58,782 nucleotides of DNA, from assembly GCA_964430315.1 (NCBI GenBank), contig CAYSGY010000002.1:1-58782 (forward strand), read 5' to 3'. The notes beneath the pieces were generated by a model. That model did no database searches. It saw nothing but the letters and a program-made list of their open reading frames with translations, and was not told where the DNA came from. How positions within the stretch are numbered: position 1 is the first letter of the stretch; the number at the start of each line of letters is the position of its first letter. The translations under genes and the position numbers were made by a program. Positions 56,501 through 57,657 of this stretch are shown one piece after another. This DNA is from an uncultured Planctomycetaceae bacterium. Lineage in GTDB: Bacteria > Planctomycetota > Planctomycetia > Pirellulales > Thermoguttaceae.

Positions 56501-57657
56501 TGATGGATTTGTCCACCGGCGTCGACATCTTCGTCGGCAAGCCGGCCAGCGGCACCTTCACCGGCGGGGGCTTCCTGGACCGGGCCACCGGCTTCGGCTC
56601 CGTCACTGCCGTCTCGGCGAAGGGCGGCAACGACATCGCCAAGCTCTTCGACTCGGCAGGTGCGGACACCTTCGTCGCCAACCCGACCTCGTCGAGCATG
56701 ACGGGAACCGGGTTCGCCAACACGGTAAACAACTTCGCCCAGGTCATTGCGGCGGCCACCGCCGGCGGCTTCGACACGGCCGATCTCCACGGCTCCGCGG
56801 GCACCGACCGGTTCTGGGCCTATCCCGACTACGCCTACCTGCAGGGCACCACGCTCGACGGCCACACCTACTACTACCGCGCCAATACCTTCGAGCAAGT
56901 CGTCGGGCACTCCAACGGAGGCGAAAACGACATTGCCCAGCTCTACGGACGCGAAGATGCCGCGGACAAGCCCGATACCTTCGTCGCCGGCGCCTACTGG
57001 CGGCCGGGCGGCAGCACGAACCCCGTGACCCGGGCGGTCATGTCCGACGGCGACTACGACGGCTCGGATATCCGCGTCGATACGGCGGATCCCTCCTCGG
57101 CCCTGGCCGCCTTCTCCGATTTCTCGTACCTCGCCCTGGCCGAGGGCTTCCACTCGGTGGTGGGTATGTCCCGGGATACCACCGAAGCGGCCAAGAACGA
57201 CATCGCGAGGATCTTCGACTACGCCGACGGGGCCGATACGTTCACCGGCAGCCTCTCGTCCGGCATCGGCCGGATGACCGGCGACGGCGCCTACTCGATC
57301 AACGTGAGGTACTTCCACGGAGTTGTGGCCACCGGCGACGGCGTCAACGACACGGCGATGCTCTACGACTCGTCGGCCAAGGACGCGGCCCTGGTCGACT
57401 GGCTCGAAGTCGACGGCGACAACCATCGCGCCCGGTTGTTCAACACGACCAACCCGGCTGTCCTCAATGAGATCTTCGAGGTCCACGACTTCGCCAACGT
57501 GCGGGCAAAACTGGCGGATGCGGCCGTCACGACGCGGGTCAACCGCCGGCACGTCGCCAGCACGCCTTCCGATTGGAGCATGGCGTACGATCCGAGCGAG
57601 GCGGCCTGGAAGGACTTCGACGAGACCGATCCCACTTGGGGCCTGGACTGGCTGTAA
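26527..57657 (+). CDS. Giant multidomain extracellular/cell-surface protein B (10,376 aa): leader motif, Ig-like, degenerate metzincin site, PPC domains, beta-helix regions, TolB-like propellers, lectin-like modules, 9 GEVED modules (3 with nested propellers), 2 NIDO-like domains, SdrD-B-like, split Calx-beta, degenerate C-terminal repeats
   Basis: Uninterrupted 31,131-nt ORF ending in TAA at 57655..57657. The start is supported by AAGGAG and by the MGIW N-terminus shared with giant A. It is collinear with A for most of its length. Domain signatures are listed separately. Confidence 0.95.
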   Translation: MGIWKNLFRRIATQSGTRGQSFGKRGWHAKRDYAKPRGLRMEQFEARMLLSIEPPALVGIIPKEGQILQDGDKLTEAPTELLLRFNVGQTIDTQSLASGIQLVRSGGDGKFAGESGNTSPDVVVPIGWMGVERTDVPNEITVRFAETLPDDSYRLNLYGTARTDLFGTTGRAIPLQNTDSPPKQLNGGRDEVHPFSINVGALVTSVVPEPVTHVALSDSTSAYSLLDVAGNGTSVNGKQFTVSRGTTSVTFTYTTGTASETNIKIASGDSAAAVATKTRDAINAYTVSHPAFGVSVDSTVAVNPATGLLSRLTLRGGAVVPKVDVKSTGFTFVESQLAQAKDTIDVYFNDDQLMQSSAETVSHYSLFALKDVGNPDDDLVAILSVAFANPASLDGKAFTVTNGDPSNTDTFTFTTTLPLTDTVHQIYVDTALPDTPATIAAKIASKISDHPSLGVIATSSTEPSSAYKVALNGGVTVPEFANVTTAFTFTKGPVQPADVDYDPVRNVARLKFAFPLDAYSTGTFRLRIGDDYQTITTTTYTVPGSDNPDTDQNYSSFWTAYDLAPTIQVSGTGSSLVGKTFTVNGTTFTFTATAVNPTDIAVNSGDDAAKVAAKVAASLNSNIAAFQGKTVSKDARVVLLGATGSPTVGVGATGFLYTPQTWFDGTSSQSVVITASIQPKASTSSLSSNSSTAPGTRDLVDSTPLSGETAEDHYADDADYDGNLAGSADVTPGVVTKTYYFPTYYGQYPSGNQLRNEILDHPDQMQRAREIMELYGKELGIQFVEVESGVLGAGDIGIVTGDPRVIDPNVPTNGANAIGGIAGYGLAIMNNGVNWGTSEFGGTWFVTAMHEVGQLLGLGHSYDLAGFSVMGSDEQGLQTSDISLDAVFPGDSDVVAGQYLYQPDSNDIDLYTFQLSQAGTFSAEVIAERLAQASTLNSLLTLYDSSHQVIARNDDFYSRDAALELHLQPGRYYIAVTASGNDDFNPKIADSGTGGTTQGEYDLRLTFQPDRTTINSTIVDSDMTALDGDGDGLPGGSYNFWFNVQSYDYTDGDSSNDHVLFVDKTPSQGRGVASATYPLGSLNNPYPTIFAALQAAKSGDLFHPGDIVRIVGNNDADDNLGRSILTKNASGQAITGVMLSTGGTHTFTLADESQTMTFQFVKQGDTLGSGNIAVPYSPTDNSAANVLQAVVDAINNEAHLNRGLNITAAAVSGTSEIRLTGRAVFFDANTSTLTDTMLNNVAYEVGTNPDGGHLADSDPDPTADVSQLRVPKGVTLMIDGGAVFKMGGANIVVGTSESDNDRSGGALQVLGTPESRVIFTSYKDESIAVDTFTGPATKPVKGDWGGIVFRNDLDYEAMTSDPTRRVYETAGVFLNYVNHADIRYGGGKVGGSSGDPYDPIHMVRARPTITYNSITRSGDAAMSADPNSFEETRFQSASQASSTAYTSDYNRAGPYVQGNFVADNTMNALYIRIRKDPLSGTVLDTLDVSARLDDLDIPYVLIQKLVISGNPGGIVEEAGTCSLEVQNRNQIVAKAGDAFLDPRDYVQDQDYFTISDGFVTVVFEFDARPDPSSSPGFNYNNSPELDASGHRVLIPFGASFNRTQIADKVRDAIRFARENFRLNVTPDAAGTAIVTLAGPTVILDGFQGLETARTHGRLMLDPGVVLKLRSGMIETEMGGQLIAEGTKNSPVVFTSLYDDRYGAGGTFDTNNDGMFDAFAPARIGAAPAKGDWAGIYVSPTSTLSLDWARVYYGGGFGSIEGRTVYFNPIEIRQASARITNSLFQDNDAHSTGTDTRNGRGTTDAATIFIRGAQPVVVYNTFLNNTGAVASVDLNAMKAEVTPDWGRSVPYFLTNTSEIPSEEIRNEQLRTPLAPFYQFDDNAGPLVRLNQYNENAINGIVVRGGTLTTDSVWDDTDIVHVVTSEIIVDNQYSGNALRLQSTSEESLVIKLQQIPVATLASRTGDTAGVLRFDAADHGLAVGRSVDVAWTGGARYSMTVTAVSGSNVTVSGGKGDVLPEAAARISFAAGFVVRGTPNDTSGRIGGTLQVLGQGTHPVVFTSLADDTVGAGFIPGVARVPQTDTNGDGSATTPQPGDWQAIRIEEYSNDRNVAIVSELEPPASASASQTNDTKNTRQLLGTLATSVSSGDDLLRLGFQVNGHIRDDYAGDVDVYSFLGKPGTEVWIDIDRTQFALDTVVELLDSQFNIVAWSDDAGGATTTDKIAEQGKPGETIPNHGIARTMQRGSSVIPDYYSTNPRDAGFRVVLPGNLNLSQDTYYVRVRAALKGLAAPQGTTVKDGDYFTLGDGVRTVFFEFNNSTLVAGDPGYNQVTAGRVRIDFNPNDSAETIAKAITNAINGANAGASGKLGITAQTVDQSIVLTRDATFSARTGLAAPTTMRFDRGTSSVAKTNPTGSYQIQIRLQELQEAPGTVISHGDIRYAAVGIEVLGQPTSSPLTGDSSDIEERSATSHGNNQNNNVLTQSQPIGDVLASDNAALTVGGYINGETDIDCYQFTIDLQGIQSLTPTGQVNDGGTRWPVTFDVDWAGSTLSRADTSLYIFDSQGRLLLIGTDSSILDDQAAGGQGGAQEELSRGSSDTLDPWIGPVYLPENYNTADMPTQGPYTVVVAPKYRIPSVLLENTSDADARLLRREPVNSIQRIIDDHIGYSNYSGIAQDAVTSAFPVDNSDNQSYQGYDSSKVLQLNAYADDFTLGDVTTYIVRGNSSNTDNIYTVNPFTGAAQVDLTNLQYFSDAGTRLYSDVGVRNDGRLYTLSYGSPSGNTTSGLHWNNSGNARQTEPGYEAPTTVSGVSDTGVFPGEYDMGAADPRNAARNIPNASMQFQAFSQDPYTSSVYVGNTSRYQVAVGSSASTPQNPGGTYRMPYYQNLFYVLNSGGVAVDAPNNFRWAPYSAGGPRLYSNIVPLGVLTFADDNMPGDQSAIGDPGDGYYTDGDTYIGSPIVGMTYVNGRLYAITQDPVTYTPDAEFTIRGEDGTGDEVKAGSYNLFEVINVTGADADGDILYRLMNDFTASSTSWNWGFYGVDSNITPKTIQRRKVNDVGVGPRLKPVGLISTNAGTGLTGLTTGPQNVENGKYSEMMFATDSSGRIYAMDIHGTLQGVFQNGATSVSTGISGATGIAFSNIDYNLWHVTEQRWYDEGHGVNTLWDSSRTSEEYSQGGAYGDSRGMSFYFGLEDSRNTNTISSQPGSQNYQDVSSYIWQDRSAGPTSPVAYTSGGTHGSYDMPSGAKGSLTTAEFSLGGYQAADKPVLYFNYYASTQGGQDYDAFRVYVSSDGANWDLVGSTTDMDSNRPNSTATAGTNQEVRWNGGQELYENTGWRQARIDLSNYAGQEHLQIRFDFNTYSDWQIGDLSQGGDYLRAVDGDYLRDGNWFDVQTGGTSGVIDRFEFDMGLSLVMPNVAGKMITDEGPTLLESFRITDDGQAPNAAKTWTFQFYNMKSGSLPTPPANTTYIPISASDSAYDVAVKVRDAINSQFVSGNTGYTMAVLDSVHPDRIYLNRAVSVVQTAGPDGNTRVIVQGDAPGTLTNTAGGSVSTVVPIRVRGDMTEEEIAQAIWLAMDQKYTNPTLVNTLPNPSQNGQHYGTDLIQVLPTQQPVNGSLQRNYTDGQTFTVGDRYRTITFEFDSSPRTSGLWNHDNVRIGIEPDATNNFLGPDAETLAARIAKAIELAHVTESTYDAGTDYWYTGVGGPSLQLTPTATGRITSNADPDTQDPSYQSGSSWVKVKTLGFYVRLTGTAAESATNYPAAFFNPGTTLLSQPFANAASKREGLTTAGYSNTLSTAANGSLIRMIGHRVVTTLPEIEALPSTNPPGGDPAALVGGPAPLGYSSLLYSDDPLYKDFWHNGVSPLNQRFTNYLGASQNYYEGIYIDDIIVGFAERGEMVSSAESSASYMAPADASFVAQPTQTRYDTTYNAGRDPQTAINTGYYQVEIRRAEEFASYAPYASVNRERTAILGSTTSSGVVEGLTRTFNTNDRFVDGAFTLVAPAAGEITHGDTFQISDGVNKQTFQFRDPTRTGDGAIGIPIYFNGHENSVQMAEKIIEALNNQTLSKIKGLGIITDTTQGHVLGLGSNRITLLGATWVSGIEFIAYGDSVEPMATDENPTDASSATNLYNTSSSEDRMPAVNPDTNAAHQLMAVARDTDGDGNYDIYLVDLSTGTEGQDKLFTVDGTSTQLGRLTMTGNAIGGQLPAGVLHGGDNRDPVFSRDGKYLMWVSNAYDPVNNPEGKYQLWEAALTWDTSVPSLLTLSAPVQLTFDAANHREPSYHWKDSNKIVYSSNLWDPTKNTTRDYEIFLADIDRTGTPKLKAGTVTQLTTNEYDERSPQYSPDGSLVVYVANRYDAIQNPESFYQVFTLPVAGGTPTQRTFDRADHRSPSFNQSVSTNLLYDFGKNDLSTIAEGYTMVTASTAYTTASGYGWQTLPGDMQSVDRGTGSTSSKLVRDFVRTADGTFVADMPNGFYSVTVTLGDIGSTGLQDAANIYLEGTLVDTTFQPGAGTTLLRTYQVYVADGQLTLQITDAGGSVGYVAVDSVIVAAAPFSVGFVDINGNPVAENYTYDAGGTSLTYAKTLTTWNYYPGTPYNATTYGQNGDNYEIFSQSFTGTTTLIPNGRRTNDDGRDVEPVVVVSQPVVTGPFQDPDNPNWQDYRVTIDTNYYFASDRDGDYDIYKETYTYVYLYKVDAGNIVRQVRVSQTSSTTQITTDEDVTGNTTALTSDFNATADHTFLVDLPNGAYNVTLTLGDLGAQARDLMAVSLEGTQVDVVNTAAGTLATKTYPVVVTDGQLTLRLADLGGLDPNVAIESLVITSAESAAQPAIRFDFGRDTSSVAAGYTGVADTTIYNAALGHGWEDGVGSPVTSIERNVSSGRDDLTRDFNATDDGTFAVELANGTYDVTITVGDSGSQARDQMGIYFEQGEAGQQVDWFSTAAGQVLTKTYTVSVSGGRLEVRLLDMGGSDPYVSIQSLVVSGSPSTAYDFGTATSAVATGYTRVTENTLYTATAGQDFGWLTKPDVSQGGAVFSADRGVANTQKQKSTTWIPMTEGDSNTLRDQGQIIIDGNQVTHSLTWGIVVDSQDARVESQADNDAANWPHPGSTLPLRVPNDLRLVPGVTVSNNVVAYTQNASGGAILVSGDTNANNAPLGAVPFARIVNNTLYGPQSGAAAGTGIRVEQNASPTLLDNIVSHFTTGIQVENSAICNTTYISGSLYKGNTTNLSAPGLITPQYDAISLGASDPLFVDPANGNFYLLEGSKAIDSAQAQVGERSAMSAVRSPLGIPDSAIYSPEYDLFGQKRVDDPWTDNAGSGRSAYNDRGAIDRVDFVRPTSALADPADVTDALNIDRNKGDQDPTADDVTVIGQNLTQFVIQLYDQGVGIDDRTLDPAAGVDPNDVLTVSKIDPLTGLATLLTLATGTTQGDFYYSYNATNDAITLSPAKGVWDANTQYRIEFVLDPATGKSRVMDLAANPLMHNRVSGQTLFNILIYGLDYGDAPDSPITPPGVSPPWTYPTLKKDNGAAHVTTGVLWLGDTVNGETDALQDPLAQGDPSDDGVTFSSNFLIGGSPTFTVTATMPSAAAGDYAGLLNVWVDWDRNGDFNGANEHWIVDQALNVGDTVFNDPNDAASPKFQVPNGLEEGGTFVRFRFSTEAIALPTDRADDGEVEDYYIRLTKYAEDFGDAPDANYHTSFNPAGTWTGPRHAVVAAPTWMFDFGVGDPTPSPLATGYARVTSSTVYGGVGTYGWRSTGNPITGGTNASGNEVTGDFNSTTDRTFLVDVPDGTYSVTLTVGNLAATLQDTADIFLEGILFDSITPPDNETVTRTYQVSVTDGQLTLRLLDTSGVTGVAIDGLVVAAMPDGAIVANPLLALGSVVDSEMDGQPSADAKGDDAVAAGAVDDEDGVKFFTAFQPGIDATIEVTINSQFTTADSDGNHATLNAWIDWNGDGDFLDDGEQVIRDNHNLTLAGNPLIPATIIHGLTTTQLTIHVPAGAQEGATFARFRLSGPGETGLGPDGVLTTGPRAGDAPFGEVEDYALTVLADPYDYGDAPDGAAVPFSFGGASYDVTYPTLKDNNGPRNSYDYRFHLGPDVDYERDANVSASNPGSSDLADDGVLFTTYGSTPDSIILRAGVENQMQVTFVNTLGVTGYFNAWIDYNFDGTFGDYASGEQLFASPVQVTASGSQVFTFTVPEGVQSRPITFLRTRFTTDAAGATPTGPDTGVPPKGEVEDYRVAIEASPIDYGDAPASYDTVSAEGAGAGSVYDPNFYLGSYVDFESAPLSSSDALGDDNTVGGTYRWQESAAANDPNKVKSFDFGTAASPVLSGYVGVTNVSLYSGLVGYGWQAANAGRTSVDRGVAPGRTDMTRDFNRTVVDTFLVDVVNGTYDVTVTVGDVLSGSDVDTLLDFEAGQVTSTITVGAGSTQTQTFRVNVSDNQLTLRLGSSLGPIVAIDGLVVTLVSPQTDDNGVTLSNAYLSDPTVTLLAGGVTNTLTLDIHNPTTNALDGSARTPTTPWVTVWIDYDRDGSFGNSDSPYQEKIVGPYNDNGTWKNWNYTTGEEITDLTQPIEFVVPWYIPFDNVGTPPADAAFLRAWLADAPDAVAGTDFPKGEVEDYQVVIRQPAVDFGDAPDDAATPQYPTLDIHDPADAGTTNNRGARSVVDATFCLGARVDAETDGQPDAAATGDDLVPLAGPNDEDGVKFAPNYGSTWDYGSTTGTAILRAGVDNTIVVEVTVPAGRTGYLSAWINYNANSATPDSDWSDAGEQLFADLASTVGTGADYRVEATATGYRYTLTVKPAWDTAVGDTFMRFRFSDIQGVGADGGGPGDALPVGEVEDYRVTIMAPPLDWGDAPDYQGFPGESLNPDYNATNGLIVYATNNYDPAGNPGQNWQIFVANPDGTGKRQLTFGTADSQTPRFSRDGKKIVFSSNGNFTGQNADGDFELFVMNIDGSGLKQVTRNAVPDVDPEFMDDHRVVYASQKLSGTQDFDLWIVDTAVTNPTPTAINTSDLFNGDDRMPSYDPINNLVAFVHTDSVISGSQGWEIGYTRLDMPGFYLTYTSGLGATDQFWPRYSADGSQLLFVSNHVGGNFEVFTRGLGTNTAVTQLTFTTTDDETTPAWIDFGTILYASDAIGYNQIYSQPTASQTPVQLTLPAANPIWTYPTVAASNGPSALYSPDFCLGARSDYELDGNPNADATGDDVTLGDTATGPATAPYDDEDGVTITSYGGALEAGADDNVIEVIVRNATGVDAYLNAWVDFNGNGMFDEDPALGEKILADELVGGSAAWTRVGDTYTGRFTITVPWNYGGPQARDTFMRFRLTEDNARDNVATGPAAGDEPKLGEIEDYKVTIRQTGVDYGDAPDDYPYPGEAETPDYNSSANLVVFSSTLYHPTDNPTQNREIFVSRPDGSGRVQLTFSDADCIHPRFSRDGTKIVFSSNGNLTGQNANGDYELFVMGIDGSGLRQVTNNAVDDKYPDFMDNQRIVYSSMTLKATGSSDYDLYIIDSSVTNAVPTAINTGALWDRDDIMPSYDPVKNEVVWVANYEIIPGTSGLNVLITRLDTPGFRLDLTGSLGASNELWPRFSPDGSLVMFTSNTSLTSYEVYTMNTLGSSVVRRTTSPADEISSAWINATTMLYAAETSGVSQVYRQVFGSATPTQVTSTYRDPQLVYPTLDRLAADTTSYPYDGRGARNTADAALTLGRIVDAESNGQPTDGANGDDNNPVAGPDDEDGVQSLSYLGSGTITVRNGVANTIQVQVTNTTGNDAYLMAWLDLNMDGDWNDTVDGVSETVLPETVVTSSAGLTTVEFTITPWWDGDTGDSYLRVRLSDRPFDADPAVATSGSGIGDADGGRLPHGEVEDYRVSILPPAYDYGDAFDESNLIGGALNPDYNATADLVVFSANLYDAVNNPEGDYEIFTIRTDGTGLTQLTFNSYDDVTPRFNSGGTRIVWSGNVPSGASSRYQLFTMNADGTNPVQLTSTALYNNVDPDFMDANRIVFASDRGGFSTYDIYIYDSRTPAVPTQLTNTPGYDERMPSYSAVKNQLLYVADDGKGTGKDIWLDTFNFAGGGSNWLRNITADWNDSIVSDEVWPRFSDDGNTILFSSDHNNGNFELYTTDWFGTWFGSQRQTVSEANEIMGEFVGTTGYLFASNESGSYQIYAMPAGGSATQITFPYAPPRGNYPTLSTNNGAVALYDPGFHLGEYVDFEDEALPNDTATGDDENAGGTTSGVPVPAPGDEDGITFEVYDSGTGLPILHSGIANTITVKVVNTGGTTGYLNAWLDFDGNGSWGDTLHAGTAWEASEHVLVNEYLGTTSQDAIELTITVPWYLTGKDTFLRFRLTEAAIPDTILDGYAGTASTLDGGRQPIRGEVEDYLVTIAAPTVDFGDAPDGVTPLPDRPVSTYPTRDYSTGSYTDSYTGRGARSLVDATSPYLGGGVDFETDGNTNGYADGDDTTDIDDEDGVRIVSHDGLLRIYQPDRPVAESTNTLEVIVNGDGYLNIWIDYDFDGNFTGAGEQLVLNNSIWDPIAGVYTPLTLATDGTVNSIDFLTPSGVEAHYSFMRVRYTDRADVGPDGGGAADNQLLLTRGEVEDYAVTLVRPSARISGYKFDDNNADGMWNSSPTGAIPPIQLATSGSVLAISGADEGSYAVALPFSFEFYGQSYTQMYANANGNVTFGLAQRDNAPIGFTQDLPMLAAFWGDVDMTGTGEVRVTTGNSVRNQPFVQVDWIDVGYYDGHTDLVNNFSLYIEDDPAGDIVSFVYHDMQWTTGDSGKTGMPDGVGGFGDTGALVGFDAGDGAGFRTVARPASAAELAAMERTYSWRFDSVTGQPGPANPGSGVSDVDLVGADTAAFAAANDDNSTSFLSLGFIFEFYGVGYQSVSISNNGYVSFGSSVGYKMPVGFSALNDPSLAIVAPFWADVNTQLNAGNVKYQLGTTPDGHRYLEVDWNNVGYYNGGTGGAKDKTDTFSLYIEDNPTGDIVVFSYSAMNWTTGSYDGGTGGLGGNGAQIGFYSGVADAYLNVMRPDSQADLDLLVSQPQGQLTWRFDPTTGLPGRTETGLAGVQVYLDMNENGQWDTGEPITTTQKDDPTTDVNELGYYEFADNWPGRYTIREMVPLGYEQTAPIDGYYSVFLSQPHQPGNPEEGPVLADAVFGNHKLAQLTVSPATRNVGEGDTGERTPVVVDVTMTGSFGADVTFTYEVNDGTATRADNDYEGTGGTVTIGAELTPENQWTYDDLGAAVAGSSYTYALSGNVTAWYRYVDTTNTQVFVNIWYPETQTDDTFQISSRAGETQTTANADIAVYSYTDGAGQSQFYVTWAGKVVGSGVYTVFLYDSATDKVSSINTLAGRVSTYDQRSPQVSGTYVTWAEQTSTGRRAIYTYDLATKAVTKISNDLFDNTIPQIDGSTIVWTGKATSASEVFVYVTDPSYGTVGRRRLTNDGREDSSPQVSGGNVVWQANINGKWQLYLYNLNSATTTAVTSDADYSNITPQISGNNLVWTKIYQPASGTSTSAIMYYDISSGNVTRAKAISTGPWSLNESPSIEGDSIVWTMYDGANWQVVYYEAGAGQMAHNISFDFSNANYHTKPLVSAGDTPVVVWREQQGSSSSYRVVRATPTPFKITKNVTTTIIGDDRGEDDENFFVKITGATLATVDQPADGAKIVIVNDDTWIVTGSTGDDTFTYNMVDGTITLENAGGTTTFPFGRNYTFDGNGGNDRVVFIGPEGGVPVMVELWQSHGDYYDANGALLTTSDVDIQLAISNGDHDTAILHDTAGSDTLTASPTVVELKEYVRGVTTDYYERVEGFRTVTAHASGALPDSDDPADTDSNDRGDYAFLQDSSGADLLVAKPRNTMLSDVNNEIYSVQALGFPTVQARATAVSGVVDRAEFEGYDSATGTSAVFWGRPGSAAFSPEGVPGATWFANIAQGFGDVEASSNRSDDIARLFGSTGDDTFTSDSSAATLVSTVGGLSYTSKANAFRKVYATATAGGTDTATMMDLSTGVDIFVGKPASGTFTGGGFLDRATGFGSVTAVSAKGGNDIAKLFDSAGADTFVANPTSSSMTGTGFANTVNNFAQVIAAATAGGFDTADLHGSAGTDRFWAYPDYAYLQGTTLDGHTYYYRANTFEQVVGHSNGGENDIAQLYGREDAADKPDTFVAGAYWRPGGSTNPVTRAVMSDGDYDGSDIRVDTADPSSALAAFSDFSYLALAEGFHSVVGMSRDTTEAAKNDIARIFDYADGADTFTGSLSSGIGRMTGDGAYSINVRYFHGVVATGDGVNDTAMLYDSSAKDAALVDWLEVDGDNHRARLFNTTNPAVLNEIFEVHDFANVRAKLADAAVTTRVNRRHVASTPSDWSMAYDPSEAAWKDFDETDPTWGLDWL
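26635..26679 (+). other. Leader motif RGLRMEQFEARMLLS (residues 37-51 of giant B)
   Basis: Preceded by MGIWKNLFRRIATQSGTRGQSFGKRGWHAKRDYAKP and followed by IEPPALVGIIPKEG, which starts the Ig-like region. Confidence 0.7.
28726..29244 (+). other. Metzincin-like domain of giant B with a degenerate zinc motif (HEVGQLLGLGH)
   Basis: Residues 734-906 align with the giant-A protease domain (YYFPTYYGQYPSG...WFVTAMHEVGQLLGLGHSYD). His850 is encoded at 29074..29076 and Glu851 at 29077..29079. The position of the second zinc-ligand His is Gln854 (CAG, 29086..29088). The third His, His860, is at 29104..29106. Confidence 0.75.
29245..29547 (+). other. PPC-like domain of giant B
   Basis: Residues 907-1007: DIDLYTFQLSQAGTFSAEVIAERL...LLTLYDSSHQVIARNDDFYSRDAALELHLQPGRYYIAVTASGN...GEYDLRLTF. 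This is the direct counterpart of 23474..23776 in A. Confidence 0.65.
38990..39710 (+). other. TolB-like (PD40) beta-propeller region of giant B (core copy)
   Basis: DTDGDGNYDIYLVDLSTG, DPVFSRDGKYLMWVSNAYDPVNNPEGKYQLWEA, EPSYHWKDSNKIVYSSNLWDPTKNTTRDYEIFLADID, SPQYSPDGSLVVYVANRYDAIQNPESFYQVFTLPVAGG. Confidence 0.65.
39720..41635 (+). repeat. Cluster of lectin-like (malectin/CBM-like) modules specific to giant B: two full copies, one N-truncated copy and one C-truncated copy
   Basis: Full copy 39720..40170: YDFGKNDLSTIAEGYTMV...GYGWQ...VRDFVRTADGTFVADMPNGFYSVTVTLGD...VADGQLTLQITD...VAVDSVIV. N-truncated copy about 40650..40985: SDFNATADHTFLVDLPNGAYNVTLTLGD.... Full copy 41005..41466: RFDFGRDTSSVAAGYTGV...GHGWE...TRDFNATDDGTFAVELANGTYDVTITVGD.... 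N-terminal half only at 41477..41635: YDFGTATSAVATGYTRV...FGWL.... Giant A has no counterpart at this position. Confidence 0.5.
41730..42210 (+). other. Parallel beta-helix repeats of giant B (counterpart of 15150..15700 in A)
   Basis: GNQVTHSLTWGIVVDS...GVTVSNNVVAYTQNASGGAILVSGD...ARIVNNTLYG...GTGIRVEQNASPTLLDNIVSHFTTGIQVEN. Confidence 0.6.
43660..44100 (+). other. Lectin-like module nested in GEVED module 2 of giant B
   Basis: MFDFGVGDPTPSPLATGYARVTSSTVYGGVGTYGWRS...GDFNSTTDRTFLVDVPDGTYSVTLTVGN...VTDGQLTLRLLDTSGVTGVAIDGLVV. It is at the same host position as 13305..13750 in A. Confidence 0.5.
45460..45900 (+). other. Lectin-like module nested in GEVED module 4 of giant B
   Basis: KSFDFGTAASPVLSGYVGVTNVSLYSGLVGYGWQA...TRDFNRTVVDTFLVDVVNGTYDVTVTVGD...VSDNQLTLRLGSSLGPIVAIDGLVV. 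It is at the same host position as 11600..12020 in A. Confidence 0.5.
47110..47990 (+). other. TolB-like propeller nested in GEVED module 6 of giant B
   Basis: The host reads DWGDAPDYQGFPGESLNPDYN [insert] LPAANPIWTYPTVAASNGPSALYSPDFCLG. The insert contains LIVYATNNYDPAGNPGQNWQIFVANPDGTGKRQLTFG, TPRFSRDGKKIVFSSNGNFTGQNADGDFELFVMNIDGSGLKQVT, WPRYSADGSQLLFVSNHVGGNFEVFT. Confidence 0.65.
48650..49525 (+). other. TolB-like propeller nested in GEVED module 7 of giant B
   Basis: The host reads DYGDAPDDYPYPGEAETPDYN [insert] TYRDPQLVYPTLDRLAADTTSYPYDGRGARN. The insert is roughly 80% identical at nt level, by eye over a sampled stretch, to the module-6 insert (48803..48990 versus 47275..47460). Confidence 0.65.
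50190..51060 (+). other. TolB-like propeller nested in GEVED module 8 of giant B
   Basis: The host reads DYGDAFDESNLIGGALNPDYN [insert] FPYAPPRGNYPTLSTNNGAVALYDPGFHLG. The insert contains LVVFSANLYDAVNNPEGDYEIFTIRTDGTGLTQLTFN, TPRFNSGGTRIVWSGN, WPRFSDDGNTILFSSDHNNGNFELYT. Confidence 0.65.
52459..52938 (+). other. NIDO-like domain 1 of giant B
   Basis: LPFSFEFYGQSYTQMYANANGNVTFG...LPMLAAFWGDVDMTGTGEVRV...VQVDWIDVGYY...NNFSLYIEDDPAGDIVSFVYHDMQWTTGD...GALVGFDAGDG matches the nidogen-type NIDO pattern as I remember it (F-x-F-Y-G, N-G-x-[VI]-[ST]-F, A-x-F-W-x-D-V-D, W-x-x-V-G-Y, F-S/Q-x-x-[IL], G-F-x-x-G-D-G). Confidence 0.65.
53086..53592 (+). other. NIDO-like domain 2 of giant B
   Basis: LSLGFIFEFYGVGYQSVSISNNGYVSFG...LAIVAPFWADVNTQLNAGNVKY...LEVDWNNVGYY...DTFSLYIEDNPTGDIVVFSYSAMNWTTGS...GAQIGFYSG. 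Confidence 0.65.
53692..53900 (+). other. SdrD B-like (Cna-B-type) domain of giant B
   Basis: GLAGVQVYLDMNENGQWDTGEPITTTQKDDPTTDVNELGYYEFADNWPGRYTIREMVPLGYEQTAP. A related start, RISGYKFDDNNADGMWNS, precedes NIDO 1 at about 52330. Confidence 0.6.
53988..55520 (+). other. Calx-beta domain of giant B interrupted by a ~390-aa beta-propeller (insert about 54200..55365)
   Basis: N-part: LAQLTVSPATRNVGEGDTGERTPVVVDVTMTGSFGADVTFTYEVNDGTATRADNDYEGTGGTVTIG. C-part: KNVTTTIIGDDRGEDDENFFVKITGATLATVDQPADGAKIVIVNDD. Between them are about seven blades with the signature P-Q-[VI]-[SD]-G-x-x-[VI]-V-W...[IV]-[YF]-x-Y-[DN] (SPQVSGTYVTWAEQ..AIYTYDL, IPQIDGSTIVWTGK..VFVYVTD, SPQVSGGNVVWQAN..LYLYNLN, TPQISGNNLVWTKI..IMYYDIS, SPSIEGDSIVWTMY..VVYYEAG). 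Confidence 0.6.
55800..57400 (+). repeat. Degenerate ~50-60-aa repeats at the C-terminus of giant B
   Basis: Recurring D-[IT]-A-x-[LM]-[FYH]-[DG]-S-x-G-x-D-[TR]-F ... G-F-x-x-V-x-A: DTAILHDTAGSDTL, DYAFLQDSSGADLL, DIARLFGSTGDDTF, DTATMMDLSTGVDIF, DIAKLFDSAGADTF, DTADLHGSAGTDRF, DIAQLYGREDAADKPDTF, DIARIFDYADGADTF, DTAMLYDSSAKD. There are no canonical GGxGxD nonapeptides. Confidence 0.6.
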
